Assembly: GCA_963823035.1 (NCBI GenBank)
Contig: CAWGKG010000021.1
Coordinates: forward strand, 91,819 to 155,818
DNA length: 64,000 nt
DNA from: an uncultured Gemmatimonadales bacterium
GTDB lineage: Bacteria > Gemmatimonadota > Gemmatimonadetes > Longimicrobiales > Gaopeijiaceae
Direction: 5' to 3'
Shown: in pieces, positions 39,949 to 50,303 of the stretch
Numbering within the stretch: the stretch's first letter is position 1
Layout of the letters: every line of letters begins with the position of its first letter
Program-made: the position numbers and the translations under genes
The notes under the pieces: generated by a model
What the model was told of the DNA's origin: nothing
Databases searched by the model: none
The model's input: only the letters and a program-made list of their open reading frames with translations

Positions 39949-42942
39949 CTAGGGTCGCCTCCGGGGCAACGTGCGCACGAGATCGGCCAGGTCGACGCGG
40001 GACTCGGTGTCCAGCTTGCGGAAGATGTTCGTGAGGTGCCGTTCGACGGTCCGTGCCGAGATCCCGAGCTCCCGCGCGATCGCCTTGTTCGACTTGCGCG
40101 CCGCGACACGCTCCAGCACGTCCCATTCGCGGCCCGTGAGGCCTTGCGCACCCTGGGAGGCGGGCCGGGTCGGGGGGCGCGCGCCCACCTCGTGCAGCGC
40201 GCGTCGCGTCTTCTCGAGCTCGCGCTCGGCTCCCAGACCCGCGAACGCGTCGTGGATCCGGCGCAGCTCCGTGACCGCACCGGCGCGGTCCCCGAGGTCG
40301 GCAAGGCACACGGCCAGCCGCCGTCTGACCCGGAGCGCGTCGGGCAAGAAGGGGATGGCCTCGAGCTCCTCGGCGGCGGTACGCAGGGCAGCCTCGGCGC
40401 CGGCCCCGGAGCCGCCGAGCCAGGCGACCAGCGCGTCACAGGCGTCGGCCCACGCCGCCGCGAGAGGGTCGTCCAGGTGCGTAGCCTCGTCGCGGAGCCG
40501 CGCCCCGGTCTCGCGGGCGCCCTCCAGGTCCCGCGCGATCAAGTACGCTTCGGCGAGCACCGGGAGCAGCCGGTGGGCCGCCCATCGCCGGTACCCGGTG
40601 CGGTCGACGATCGCGAGCGCCGCCCGCGCGACGCGGATCGCCTCGGCCACGGCCCCGTTCGCGAGGTGGAGGCTGGCGAGCCCGATGTGCGCGGGCACCA
40701 GCGCGTGTACGGCGCCTCCTCCCTCGGCAGTCCCGACGCCGGCCAGCCGCGCCGCCTCCTCGACGTACGCACGTGCCTGTTCGCCGGCGCCGCGGCCCAG
40801 GTGAACGAGGCCGGTCCAGACGAGGAGTCGTGTGAGCAGCGCGCGTTGGCTCAGTGTTCGACAGAGCGCGATGGCTCGCTCCCCCACTGCGAGGGCGGTG
40901 ACCCAATCGCCCGATCCGAACGCAACCTCCACGCGCACCTCGGCGAGCGCGATCTCCATCAGCGGTGAGCCCAGCTCGGCGTTGCCTCGCTCCGCGGCCT
41001 CGATGTGGCGCAGGCACGCCTCGGCCTTCCCGGACAGGCCCTCGAGGACCGCGAGGGCCCAGTGGCACGTACAGGTGAGCCCGGCGTCTCCTGAGGCTTC
41101 GGCGCGCGCGAGGGCATCCCGGCCGTGCTGGCGGGCGCGGTCGGGCGGTCCGGACCAGGTGTGGAAGAGCAGCAGCGCGCGGTGGGCGCGCGCCAGAATC
41201 GCGTCGGCCCCCGACGTCCTCGCCAAGCGGAGGGCCTCCTTCAGGTCGCGCTCCGCATCCGCCACCCGGCCGAGCCCCTGGAGGCAGACACCCCGCGCGC
41301 CGAGCACGCGTCCGAGCACGCGCGGATCGTCGGCCTCACGCGCGTGCGCGAGCGCGCCGTCGAAGTCGTCGAGCGCCGGCCCGAGCTCCCCGGCGAAGAG
41401 CTGGGCGAGCGCAATCCGACGCGTCAGGCCAGCAGCGGTCAGGCTGTCACCTCGCGTCACGGCCTCGGCGACACCCCGCCTCCACAGCGTCACGGCGCCG
41501 GTGAAGTCCCCGGTTCTCCGCCGGGCACGTCCCAGGTCCTCCACGATCGTGCCCCATTCCGCGCCCTCGCCCGCGCAGGCCAGGGCCTGCTCGAGGTAGC
41601 GGACGGCCTCGCGGTCCGCGAACCGCTCCAGGGCTTGCCGCCCCGCGGCCGCAAGGTAGCCGCGAGCGCGTTCCGTGGGACCACCCAACTCGCCTCTCGA
41701 ATAGTGGAAGGCCAGCTCGTCGGCGTGCTGAAGGGACTCCGAGCCGTACGCCGCCTCGAGGGACTCCGCGACGCGCAGGTGCAGGAGCGCCCGGCGCGCG
41801 CCCGCGATCTCGCCTCGGAGGACATCGGCGGCCAGGGGGTGCCGGAGATCGTACGCTGGCCACCCGTCCGTAGATGACTCGAGCACGAAGCCATGGCGCT
41901 CGAGGACCTCCAGGGCGGTCGCGAGCTCGGGCTCCGGCAGGTCGCACACGCTGCGGACCGTGTCGTGTCGCGCCCGCGTGCCGATCACGGCCAGCACCTC
42001 GGCCGTCTCCCGCGCGGCCGGGGGAAGCCGCTCCAGCCGGTGAAGGATCGCCGCCCGCACGGAGCGGGGGGGATCGAGATCGGCGACCTCCCATCCCAGC
42101 CACACGCCGCCCGTCTTACGCAGCCGGCCCTGCTCGACCAGCGTGGCGAGCGTCGCCTCGATCATGAGGGGGTTCCCTCCTGTGCGCTCCCGCACCCAAC
42201 GCGCGAACGGAGCGCACGCCGCGGCGCCGACCCGGAACGTGTCCTGGATCAGCTCCGCGACCGCAGACGCCGAGAGCGGTTCGATCCGCCGTGACTCCGC
42301 CAGCCCGAGGGACGCGAGGGAGCGCTCCACCTCGGTGAGCCGCGGATCCGCGTCGCGCTCGTCCTCGTTGATCGTGGCCACGATCGCGAGGGGCGCCCTT
42401 CCCAATTGCCTCGCAAGGAAGTGCAGCAGCTCGAGCGAGGAAGGATCGCTCCACTGGAGGTCGTCGAGGGTGAGCAGGAACGGCGCGCGCGCAGCCAGGC
42501 CCTCGAGCACGCGGGACAGGCTCCAGAAGAGCTGCGCGCGGGAGCCGAGCTCGTCGGCGTGCGGTGTCCGCCCCCCGGATCGGAGGGCGAGGCCGGGGAA
42601 CAGACGCCCGAGGTCGTCGGCCAGGCCGCGCGACAGGACGTTCAGCGCCCCTTCGTCCAGGTCCCCAAGCACGGGCACGAGCGCGTCCGAGAAGGGCGCG
42701 AACGGCACCCCCTTCTCCACCGCGTAGGCCCTCCCTTCCGCGACGTGCCACCCCGCGCGCCGGCACTCCTCGGCGAGGGTCGCGACGAGGCGGCTCTTTC
42801 CGATCCCGCTCTCGCCCCACGCGAACAGGACGGAGCCGCCCCCGGCGCGCAGGCGCTCCACGGCGCTCCGGAGCGCGGCCAGGTCGGCAGCGCGACCCGC
42901 GAGCGGCAGGGCGGGGAGGTGGGCAGCGGTGTCCAGCGTCAC
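39949..42942 (-). CDS. STAND-type AAA ATPase - TPR - LuxR HTH transcriptional regulator (LAL/MalT-like)
   Basis: LAGRAADL, Walker A GESGIGKS, Walker B LLTLDDLQWSD, TGGNPL, LRHPL, helical repeats and HTH LTGREWDVL...SNKAIARELGISARTVERHLTNIFRKL. GTG start inferred. Confidence 0.93.
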   Translation of the reverse strand: MTLDTAAHLPALPLAGRAADLAALRSAVERLRAGGGSVLFAWGESGIGKSRLVATLAEECRRAGWHVAEGRAYAVEKGVPFAPFSDALVPVLGDLDEGALNVLSRGLADDLGRLFPGLALRSGGRTPHADELGSRAQLFWSLSRVLEGLAARAPFLLTLDDLQWSDPSSLELLHFLARQLGRAPLAIVATINEDERDADPRLTEVERSLASLGLAESRRIEPLSASAVAELIQDTFRVGAAACAPFARWVRERTGGNPLMIEATLATLVEQGRLRKTGGVWLGWEVADLDPPRSVRAAILHRLERLPPAARETAEVLAVIGTRARHDTVRSVCDLPEPELATALEVLERHGFVLESSTDGWPAYDLRHPLAADVLRGEIAGARRALLHLRVAESLEAAYGSESLQHADELAFHYSRGELGGPTERARGYLAAAGRQALERFADREAVRYLEQALACAGEGAEWGTIVEDLGRARRRTGDFTGAVTLWRRGVAEAVTRGDSLTAAGLTRRIALAQLFAGELGPALDDFDGALAHAREADDPRVLGRVLGARGVCLQGLGRVADAERDLKEALRLARTSGADAILARAHRALLLFHTWSGPPDRARQHGRDALARAEASGDAGLTCTCHWALAVLEGLSGKAEACLRHIEAAERGNAELGSPLMEIALAEVRVEVAFGSGDWVTALAVGERAIALCRTLSQRALLTRLLVWTGLVHLGRGAGEQARAYVEEAARLAGVGTAEGGGAVHALVPAHIGLASLHLANGAVAEAIRVARAALAIVDRTGYRRWAAHRLLPVLAEAYLIARDLEGARETGARLRDEATHLDDPLAAAWADACDALVAWLGGSGAGAEAALRTAAEELEAIPFLPDALRVRRRLAVCLADLGDRAGAVTELRRIHDAFAGLGAERELEKTRRALHEVGARPPTRPASQGAQGLTGREWDVLERVAARKSNKAIARELGISARTVERHLTNIFRKLDTESRVDLADLVRTLPRRRP

Positions 42943-43123
42943 CCCTGCGCGGAAGGGAAGGTGGTGTCCCGCTGGAAGTTGTGCGGCCGGGCGACGCGGA
43001 CGCAAGCCGGGCCGACTACGTGGTCCCATGGACCCGACTACGGGCTGACCCGCACGGAGCCGCGACGTCCGCCCGGGGAGAATTGGTCGCGTTGGCTGCG
43101 ACCCATCCCGCGTGGAGGTTCCG

Positions 43124-43702
43124 ATGCTCCCCTCCCTACTGCTCCTTCTCCAGACGGCCCTCGTCGTTCCACCGGCCGCCCTGGCGTCCGTCCGTGAGGC
43201 GCCCCGCCACGTCGCGTTCCCCGTCCGACTCCCCAGGGCGCTGCTCCCCGCCCCGCCTTCCGACCCCCGCTGCCGCGACATGGCCGGCCTGATCGACGCC
43301 CGTGCCGGGCACGTCGGACTCGACTGGCACGGCTTCCGCGCCCGGGGCGAGGGCACGATCTCCGGTGACCTTGACGGGGCCGTGCGCGTCGAGGTGCGGC
43401 GCCGAGGCAAGGTTGGGTCCGTCACGGGTCTCGCGATCCGGGTCGACGTGGTCACCGAAGGGGGGAGCTACCGGCTCGACGGACCCGCCACGGCGGTCCC
43501 GGCGGGGGACACCGTCGGAGGTCAGTCTGTCGAGGGGTGGCTCGAGCTCGTCGCCGACCGATCGCCCCGGGCCGCAGGGCGGGTGGTGGTGAGCGGCACG
43601 GCCGACACGCGCTCACGCGCGATCCACGTCAGCTACGCTGGGCAGATCTGCGAGGAAGGGGCTCATGGCCCCGACGCCGCGACGCGCGGGGACCTCCGAT
43701 GA
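43124..43702 (+). CDS. Exported beta-rich hypothetical protein
   Basis: GGAGG before ATG 43124, hydrophobic signal and two Cys. Its stop overlaps the next ATG (ATGA). Confidence 0.7.
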   Translation: MLPSLLLLLQTALVVPPAALASVREAPRHVAFPVRLPRALLPAPPSDPRCRDMAGLIDARAGHVGLDWHGFRARGEGTISGDLDGAVRVEVRRRGKVGSVTGLAIRVDVVTEGGSYRLDGPATAVPAGDTVGGQSVEGWLELVADRSPRAAGRVVVSGTADTRSRAIHVSYAGQICEEGAHGPDAATRGDLR

Positions 43703-44136
43703 GCGGCCCCTTGTTGCTCTCCGCCGCTGCGGGCGGCCTCGCGAGCAGCCTGATCCCGATCGTGAATGCCGAGGTGATCCTGGTCGGGCTCGTCCTCGCC
43801 TCGCCCGGTGCGGCCCCCCTGCTCGCCTTCGCCATGGCGTGCGGACAGATGGCCGGCAAGACGGCGCTCTTCCTGGGCAGCGAGCGGCTGACCCGGACGG
43901 GCGCCGGTGCCCGGTTGGCCGCGTGGAAGCTGGACCGCTGGCCGAAGCGCGGGCGGGGGCTCCTGGTGCTGCTCAGCGCCGCGGCGGGCCTGCCCCCGTT
44001 CTACCTCGTGTCCATCGCCGCACCGGTCCTCGGCGTTCGGCTCCCCTCGTTCGTCGCGCTCGGCCTCGCCGGCCGATTCGTCCGCTTCGCCGCGATCGCG
44101 GCCGTCCCCCACCTGGTCTCCGGAGCCCTTCCATGA
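43699..44136 (+). CDS. DedA/VTT (YqaA-like) small membrane protein
   Basis: ASSLIPIVNAEVIL, GQMAGKTALF and LSAAAGLPPFYLVSIAAPVLGVRLPSFVALGLAGRFVRF resemble the DedA/VTT pattern. ATGA overlaps at both ends. Confidence 0.72.
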   Translation: MSGPLLLSAAAGGLASSLIPIVNAEVILVGLVLASPGAAPLLAFAMACGQMAGKTALFLGSERLTRTGAGARLAAWKLDRWPKRGRGLLVLLSAAAGLPPFYLVSIAAPVLGVRLPSFVALGLAGRFVRFAAIAAVPHLVSGALP

Positions 44137-44165
44137 CACCCCGTCGGCCCTTCCTGGAGGTTCCC

Positions 44166-46361
44166 ATGAGCGACTTCCCCGGTACCGGCCGAGAGCCGCT
44201 TCCGACCGACGATCAGGCCGCGACCCTGGAAGGCCGGCGCGTCGTCCTCACCGGCGGAAGCAGCGGCATCGGCCTCGCGCTGGCCCAGGAGCTGGACCGG
44301 CGTGGAGCCGAGGTCCTGGTCGGGTCCAGGAGACCGGTGCCGGCCCCCTTGGTGCATCGACCGCTCGACCTCGCTTCCCGGACGTCCACCCGGGACTTCG
44401 CCCACGGGCTGGTGCGGGACGGACGCCCCATCGACCTCCTCGTGCTGAATGCCGGCGTGCACGTGCCGTGGCGAACCGTGCGCACCGGGGACGGTGAGGA
44501 GCTGCACTGGCAGGTCAACTACCTCTCGAACTTCGTGCTCACGCACCTGCTCGAGCCGCTGTGCGGGCGCTCCGAGCTCAGGCGTCTCGTCTACGTGGCC
44601 AGCGAAGCCCACCGCCTCGCCGGCCTTCCCGGCGCGGGGCTGCTGGGCTTCTGGCGCCGCTACGCCCGCTCGAAGGAAGCCGCGGTGACGTTCTTCCTGC
44701 GCTTCGCGCGGCTCCACCCGGAGCTGATGGTGCGGGTGGTGTCGCCCGGCTACGTCGACACCCCGATCCACGCGGGCAAGTCGCGCACGGCGAAGCGGAT
44801 CGAGCGCGTCTGGTCCCGCCCGCGGCCGAGCGACCTGGTGGCGTCCGAGATCCTGCGCACCGCGCTCGCCCCGGCCGCGGACGGCGGCGGCTACTGGGAC
44901 CGGGGGCGCCCCCGCGCGCCCTCGGCGCGGTGCCTGGATGCCGGTCGCATCGAGGCGCTCTGGCGCGCCTCCATCGCTTCCGTCGGCGACCTGGTGCCGT
45001 CGATCCGTCCGCTGGAGCGCGTGGTCAACTACGCGGGCAACATCCGAGAACTGGCTTCTGCGATCCAACGGCCGGCCACGCTGGACGCGCTCGCGGACGC
45101 CGTGCGTCTCGCGAGCGCCTCGGGCCTCCCCATCCGTGTCGTGGGCAAGCGCCATTCGTACAACGACGGATTCCTGTGCCGCGGACGCATGATCTCCATC
45201 GAGCGCCTGGACCGCGTGGTCGACTTCGACCCCGGGCGCGGTACGGTGGCGGCGCAGGGTGGGATCCCGATCGGGGTGCTGAGCCGGTGGCTGGACGAGC
45301 GCGGGTACGCGCTCCGATTCAGCGGCAACTTCGGCGAGCAGACGCTCGCCGGGGCGCTCGCCACGGGAACGCACGGGTACGGCCGGGACGGCGGGGTGAT
45401 GTGTGAGCTGGTGCGCGGGATGGCGATCGTGCTTCCCGACGGCTCCGTGCATCGTACACGCGACGAGCGCGAGCTCCGCGCGCTCCGGTTGAGCCTCGGC
45501 ACGCTGGGCGTGGTGGTCGAGCTCACGATGGCCGTGATTCCGAAGGGACCGTGCACGTACGAGGTAGGGTGTACCCCCCGCGAGGCGTTCACCGCGCGGC
45601 TCGAGGAGCGCATCCGCGCGCACGAGTACCTGCGGTTCGTGCCGCACCCGTTCGACGCGCGCCAGATCCTCCACGTCACGATCGACCGCGGGGGCGAGGG
45701 CGGGCCGATGGAACCGGCCCGGAGCATCGGCGACGCCCGGGCGGGCCTGGCCGGGCTCCTGGTCGGGCCGCTCAAGGTCCCGGCCGTTCGCGTCGCGCTC
45801 GGGCGCCTCCTCCGCGTCGCGGGGCATGGATACACACTGCGCGTGCCGTTCTCGGGGATGCTCTTCATCGGATCGGGCGTCGTGCGGCACCACGCGTCCC
45901 TCGCGCGCGCCGGCCAGCGCGCGCTCGATCGGCCCGACTGGCTGAACATGGAGCTGGCGGTGCCTGTGGCGCGGTACGCGGAGCTGGCAGAGGCGTTCGA
46001 GGCCGAGCGTCCCCGCCGGTCGACGCTCCTCCCGGGCCACGCCTACTACACGTGTCGCGTGGTCGGCGCGGCCGACAACGTGGCCCTGGCGCCGAACTAC
46101 GACCGGGACGTCGTCTTCGTGGACATCCACGCGGACCCGGCCGATCCGCGCTCCGTACCGTTTCTGCGCCGGCTCGAGGAGCATGCCACGGCGTGCATGG
46201 AGGCGCGTCCGCACTGGGGAAAGGTGTTCTTCACGGCAGGGGACGACATGCGCGCGCTGTACCCGCGCGAGAACGTCGCGGAGTTCCTCGCCGCCAAGCG
46301 ACGCTTCGACCCCGCGGGTGTGTTCTCGAACGACTACACGCGACGGGTGCTTGGTGTGTGA
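44166..46361 (+). CDS. Fusion: short-chain dehydrogenase (SDR) + FAD-linked sugar-1,4-lactone oxidase (FAD_binding_4/ALO-like)
   Basis: SDR motifs TGGSSGIG, LNAG, YARSK and PGYVDT. Oxidase motifs NYAGN, VVGKRHS, QTLAGALATGTHG, SLGTLGVV, RPHWGK and RFDPAGVFSNDY. Start at 44166 (GGAGG) or 44133 (ATGA). Confidence 0.88.
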   Translation: MSDFPGTGREPLPTDDQAATLEGRRVVLTGGSSGIGLALAQELDRRGAEVLVGSRRPVPAPLVHRPLDLASRTSTRDFAHGLVRDGRPIDLLVLNAGVHVPWRTVRTGDGEELHWQVNYLSNFVLTHLLEPLCGRSELRRLVYVASEAHRLAGLPGAGLLGFWRRYARSKEAAVTFFLRFARLHPELMVRVVSPGYVDTPIHAGKSRTAKRIERVWSRPRPSDLVASEILRTALAPAADGGGYWDRGRPRAPSARCLDAGRIEALWRASIASVGDLVPSIRPLERVVNYAGNIRELASAIQRPATLDALADAVRLASASGLPIRVVGKRHSYNDGFLCRGRMISIERLDRVVDFDPGRGTVAAQGGIPIGVLSRWLDERGYALRFSGNFGEQTLAGALATGTHGYGRDGGVMCELVRGMAIVLPDGSVHRTRDERELRALRLSLGTLGVVVELTMAVIPKGPCTYEVGCTPREAFTARLEERIRAHEYLRFVPHPFDARQILHVTIDRGGEGGPMEPARSIGDARAGLAGLLVGPLKVPAVRVALGRLLRVAGHGYTLRVPFSGMLFIGSGVVRHHASLARAGQRALDRPDWLNMELAVPVARYAELAEAFEAERPRRSTLLPGHAYYTCRVVGAADNVALAPNYDRDVVFVDIHADPADPRSVPFLRRLEEHATACMEARPHWGKVFFTAGDDMRALYPRENVAEFLAAKRRFDPAGVFSNDYTRRVLGV

Positions 46362-46394
46362 GCGCGGCCCTCGAGGCGCACTCGATTCGCCGGC

Positions 46395-49119
46395 TCAGCC
46401 GCGAGGGAGAACCACCGGGGCCTTCACCGTGAGGCTCCGGCTCTGCGTTCTGGTCCCGGCCTCGAGGCTCACGCTGTACGTGCCGGGGGACACGGGCTGG
46501 CGGTCATCGTCCCTCAGGTCCCAGACCACCCGGTGCAGCCCCACCCCGCCTGGCTCCTCCAGGGCCCGGACGACGGTGCCGCATCCGTCACGGATGACCA
46601 GGGCCAGGGTATCGGCGCCGGGCCGGCCCTGGTAGACGTCGAGCAGGACTCCGTTCGGCTCGTTGCGCGTGGTCACGTGCCGCCACCCGAAGAGGCGGTA
46701 GTTGCCCCACCCGCTCTCCACGCGCAGTCCCTTGGGCTCGGGGGCGAACAGGTGGACGGTCGGCTGGCGAGGATTCCCGGCGTGAGCTGCTGGAGCGGGG
46801 TGATATCGGTGACGAAGGCATCCCGCGCCCGTGCGTGCCGACCACCAGGTCGTTCTCCCGGGCGTGGATGACGAGGTCCCGCACCGGGACCACGGGCATG
46901 TCGCCCTGGAACGCCGTCCAGGATGCGCCGGCGTCCACGGACGACGAAGAGCCCGTGATCCGTGCCCAGGAAGAGCAGGTTCGGCGTTCTTCCGGTCCTG
47001 GACGAGGACGTTGGCCGAAGCGCTCCGGGCAGGTCGCCCGCGAGTGACCGCCAGGTCTCGCCGTAGTCGTCGGTCCGGAAGACGAAGGGCCGGAAGTCGT
47101 CCCGGTGGAAGCCGGTGATGGTGACGAAGGCCGTGCGCCGCGTCGTGGGGTGAGGGAACCACGCGCGTCACCCAGTAGCCCCGGGGGGCGCCGGCGGCCT
47201 CGAGCGCGTCGGTCCGGTCTGTCCAGAGCTTCTCCGGCGTCCCGTGTGACGCTGGACGCGGCCGTCGTCGGTGCCGGCCCAGATCACGCCCGGCGGCGAG
47301 CGGGCGACTCCTCCACCGTCGTGATGGTGCAGTACTGGATGTTGCCGTGGCCGTTGATCTTCTCCGGATCGTCGGTGGTCAGGTCGGGGCTGATCTCCTC
47401 CCAGGTGTCCCCCCGGTCGGGCGAGCGGAGGACCACCTGGGCCCCGGTGTAGAGCACCGCCGGGTCGTGGGGAGAGAGGACGATGGGCGTCGTCCACGTG
47501 TACCGGTACGGGGGCTCGCCCTCGGGGCGGTCGGGCGGCTGGATGCGCGGTGCGGCGTGGCCAGCTTCTGGTCCACGCGCACGTGGCCGCCGAACTGGAG
47601 CGTGTTGTAGACCCAGCGGCTGTCCGTCCGGGTCGACGGCCTGGTACATGCCGTCGCCGGTGCCCACCGTGACCCAGTCGTCGATGCCGCTCACCAGGCC
47701 GGAGAAGCCGTTCACGGGCCCCTTCCAGGACTCGTGGTCCTGGAGCCCCACGTAGAGGTGGTAGGGATCCTCCATGTCCACGCGCCACGTCGTAGATCTC
47801 GCCGACGGGGAGGTTGGGCAGGAAGTCCACCGTGCGCGCCGCCGTCGTAGGTGATGTTCACGCCGCCGTCGGACCCCACGAAGATCCGCTCGGCGTCCTC
47901 GGGATCGATCCACACGTTGCCGGACGTCCCCGAACATGCCGTTGGAACAGCGGGCTCGCGCGTGGGCCCCCAACCTCCGCTCCAGGTCGCGCCCCCGTCC
48001 TCGCTGATGAGGAGGGCGTCGCTGGTGACGTAGAGCCTGTCGGGGTCCTCCGGATCGACGCGCAGGATGTTGAAGGAGTACGGCGCCTTGCCCCCCACGT
48101 TGATGCTGTCGTGCGTGGGTCTGTCGCCAGGTGGCGCCGGCGTCGTCGGAGCGGTAGACCTCACCCCATCCGCCGCGCACCCGCATCGGACCCGCGGCGG
48201 TCGCCCGGGCCGCGGGTTGGCGTTCTCCACCACCGCGTAGACGATGTCCGGGTCGCCGCGGAAGACGTCGATCCCGATCCGACCGATGAACCCCTCCGGC
48301 AGGCCCCCGCCGAGGCGGCGTCCAGGTGCTTCCCCCGTCGGTGCTCTTCCAGATCCCGCTGCCCTCGCCTCCCACCACGTAGGTCCACGGATACCGCTCC
48401 TTCTCGTACATGGCGGCGTAGAGGACGTCCGGTTGCCCGGGCACCATGACGAGGTCGATGGCGCCCTACGTGATCGTTCACGTAGAGGACCTTCTCCCAG
48501 TGGAGGCCACCGTCCCGGGTCCGGAAGACACCCCGCTCCGGGTTGGGGCCGTGCAGGTGGCCCATCGCCGCCACGAAGACGACGTCCGGGTCATGGGGGT
48601 GAACGACGATCTTGCGCACGTGGTGGGTCTCCTCGAGCCCCGTGTGCGCCCACGTCGTCCCCGCCGTCGGTCGACTTGTAGACGCCATCGCCGGCGTAGG
48701 CGTAGCGGGCCAGGTCCGGGTCTCCCGTCCCCACCCACACCTGGTCGGCATCGTCGGGCGCCACGGCCACGGCCCCGATGGTCTGGGGCCCGACCCCTTC
48801 GAACACCGGCTCGAAGGTCGTTCCGTTGTTCACCGTCTTCCAGACGCCGCCGTTGCGCGTCGCAACGTAGAACACGCGCTGGTGGTCGCGTTCCGGCGCG
48901 TCGGGGACGGCGAAGTCCGTCACCCAGGCCCCGGTGCGGAATGGGCCCAGGTTGCGGAACGTGAAGGCGTTCGCGAAGGCGTCGGGGAGCGCCTGGGCCC
49001 CGGCGGGCAGCGCCGAGATGGAGGCCAGGGCCGTCAGGAGGAGGGCCCGTGCGCAGGGTCCGGCGGCCTGGTGGAGCGCGGGGAAGCAGAGGGAGACGGG
49101 GGATGGCGAGGGCTCGCAT
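46395..49119 (-). CDS. VPS10/BNR-repeat beta-propeller glycosyl-hydrolase-like exported protein, heavily frameshifted
   Basis: FRNLGP, GGVWKTVNNGTTF, GDGVYKSTDGG, repeated SxDxGxTW Asp-boxes, GLQDH, WEEISPDLT and DLVVGTHGRG. Spread over many frames. Confidence 0.85.
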
Positions 49120-49242
49120 GGACCGCTCCTGGGTCGGATGTGCCGTGGGGCCAACCGGAGTCTATGGCAACGGCGACCCGCGGAGGAGGGGTGGGGGCCG
49201 GCGCCACCGGCCTGGGTGGCGACCATTCGTACGGGAGCCCGA

Positions 49243-50019
49243 CTAGGAAAGGCGCAGGGACGTGACGACCACGGCGCCCAGGACCGACAGGCCCACGACG
49301 GCGACGTTGAGGACGGCCGCCCCGAGGGTGGTCGCCACGCTGGCGACCCAGGAGATCCCGTAGACCCGCCGGAGCGAGAGGACGAGGTAGCCCACGGGCG
49401 CCACCATGCATGCCAGGGCCATCAAGGCGCCCAGCAGGCGCGGCGGGACGTACCACACCAACTGCGACACCGACAGCGCCACCAGCCCGAAGGCGTGCAG
49501 GTGGAGGGTGAACACCAGGTGTCGGGTGAATGAGGCGTGCACGCGTCGCAGGAGCAACGCGTAGACCGCCGCGAAGAGGGGAAGCACCGCCACCAGAAAC
49601 CACGGCCAAACGTCGAAGAGAGCCTCCCTGAAATCCTGGACGCGGCCCGCGAACTCCTGGGGCGGCTGCACCTGGATGAGGCTCTGTCCCGCCGGTGTCC
49701 ACACCGCCAGGGCCACGAAGGGGATGCTGGCCATGAGGTACAGGCGCAGCGGCGACAGGTAGCGCCGCCGCCGCCCCGCCAGGTACTCGAGGGTGAGGGC
49801 GCCGGGGCGCGTCGTCAGCAGGCGGAGGGATCGCCACACGGTGGCGTCCGCCCCCACGGCATCGGCCAGCATCTCCCGGAGCATCTCCCCGGCCGGCGGC
49901 TCAGCGTCCCGGTCCTCCTGCCCGCACCGGGCGCAGAAGGGCCCGGACAGCTCGGCCCCGCACTCGAGGCAGAAGCCTCCGCGCGCATCTTCGGTGGCAG
50001 GGAGCGGCTCGGAGTCCAT
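49243..50019 (-). CDS. DUF3667-like zinc-ribbon membrane protein
   Basis: CLECG...FCARCGQ, LLTTRPGALTLEYLAGRRRRYLSPLRLYL and HLVFTLHLHAF, with TM segments. Confidence 0.88.
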   Translation of the reverse strand: MDSEPLPATEDARGGFCLECGAELSGPFCARCGQEDRDAEPPAGEMLREMLADAVGADATVWRSLRLLTTRPGALTLEYLAGRRRRYLSPLRLYLMASIPFVALAVWTPAGQSLIQVQPPQEFAGRVQDFREALFDVWPWFLVAVLPLFAAVYALLLRRVHASFTRHLVFTLHLHAFGLVALSVSQLVWYVPPRLLGALMALACMVAPVGYLVLSLRRVYGISWVASVATTLGAAVLNVAVVGLSVLGAVVVTSLRLS

Positions 50020-50303
50020 GCCTGAGCATGCCGGGCAGCTCCATCCCGAAACAACCGGGGCGTGTCTCGCGCCTCCCTGCTCGGTCAGGGACGGTCGGCC
50101 ACAGGGAGGGGCACAACCCCTCCATCGGCGACCGGGCCCCGTCCGCGGACGTGGGGGATGTCAGGGCGCGGGGCGGGGCGCGCGTGGGAGGCGTGATCCC
50201 CCACCGGGACGGGTCCGCTAGGGGGAGGTGGGGGAAAGACCGATCCGCTGCCCACGGGCGAGCGGCCGGCGCGCCCCCACCGACCCTGCCCACGGAGGCC
50301 ATC

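Noticed and set aside
43665..44132. N-terminal 160 aa of the 898-aa ORF as a third fused domain
   Set aside because: It overlaps the DedA-like gene in another frame and is low-complexity. The real start is 44133 or 44166.
46358..46432. GTGA-coupled start of a possible fourth gene after the SDR-oxidase fusion
   Set aside because: Only 24 codons, overlapping the convergent gene's end, with no supporting motif.
46395..49119. Dense frameshifts as programmed frameshifting or phase variation
   Set aside because: Indels are scattered, are not at a shared slippery motif, and occur in many unrelated genes. Sequencing or consensus error is the simpler explanation.
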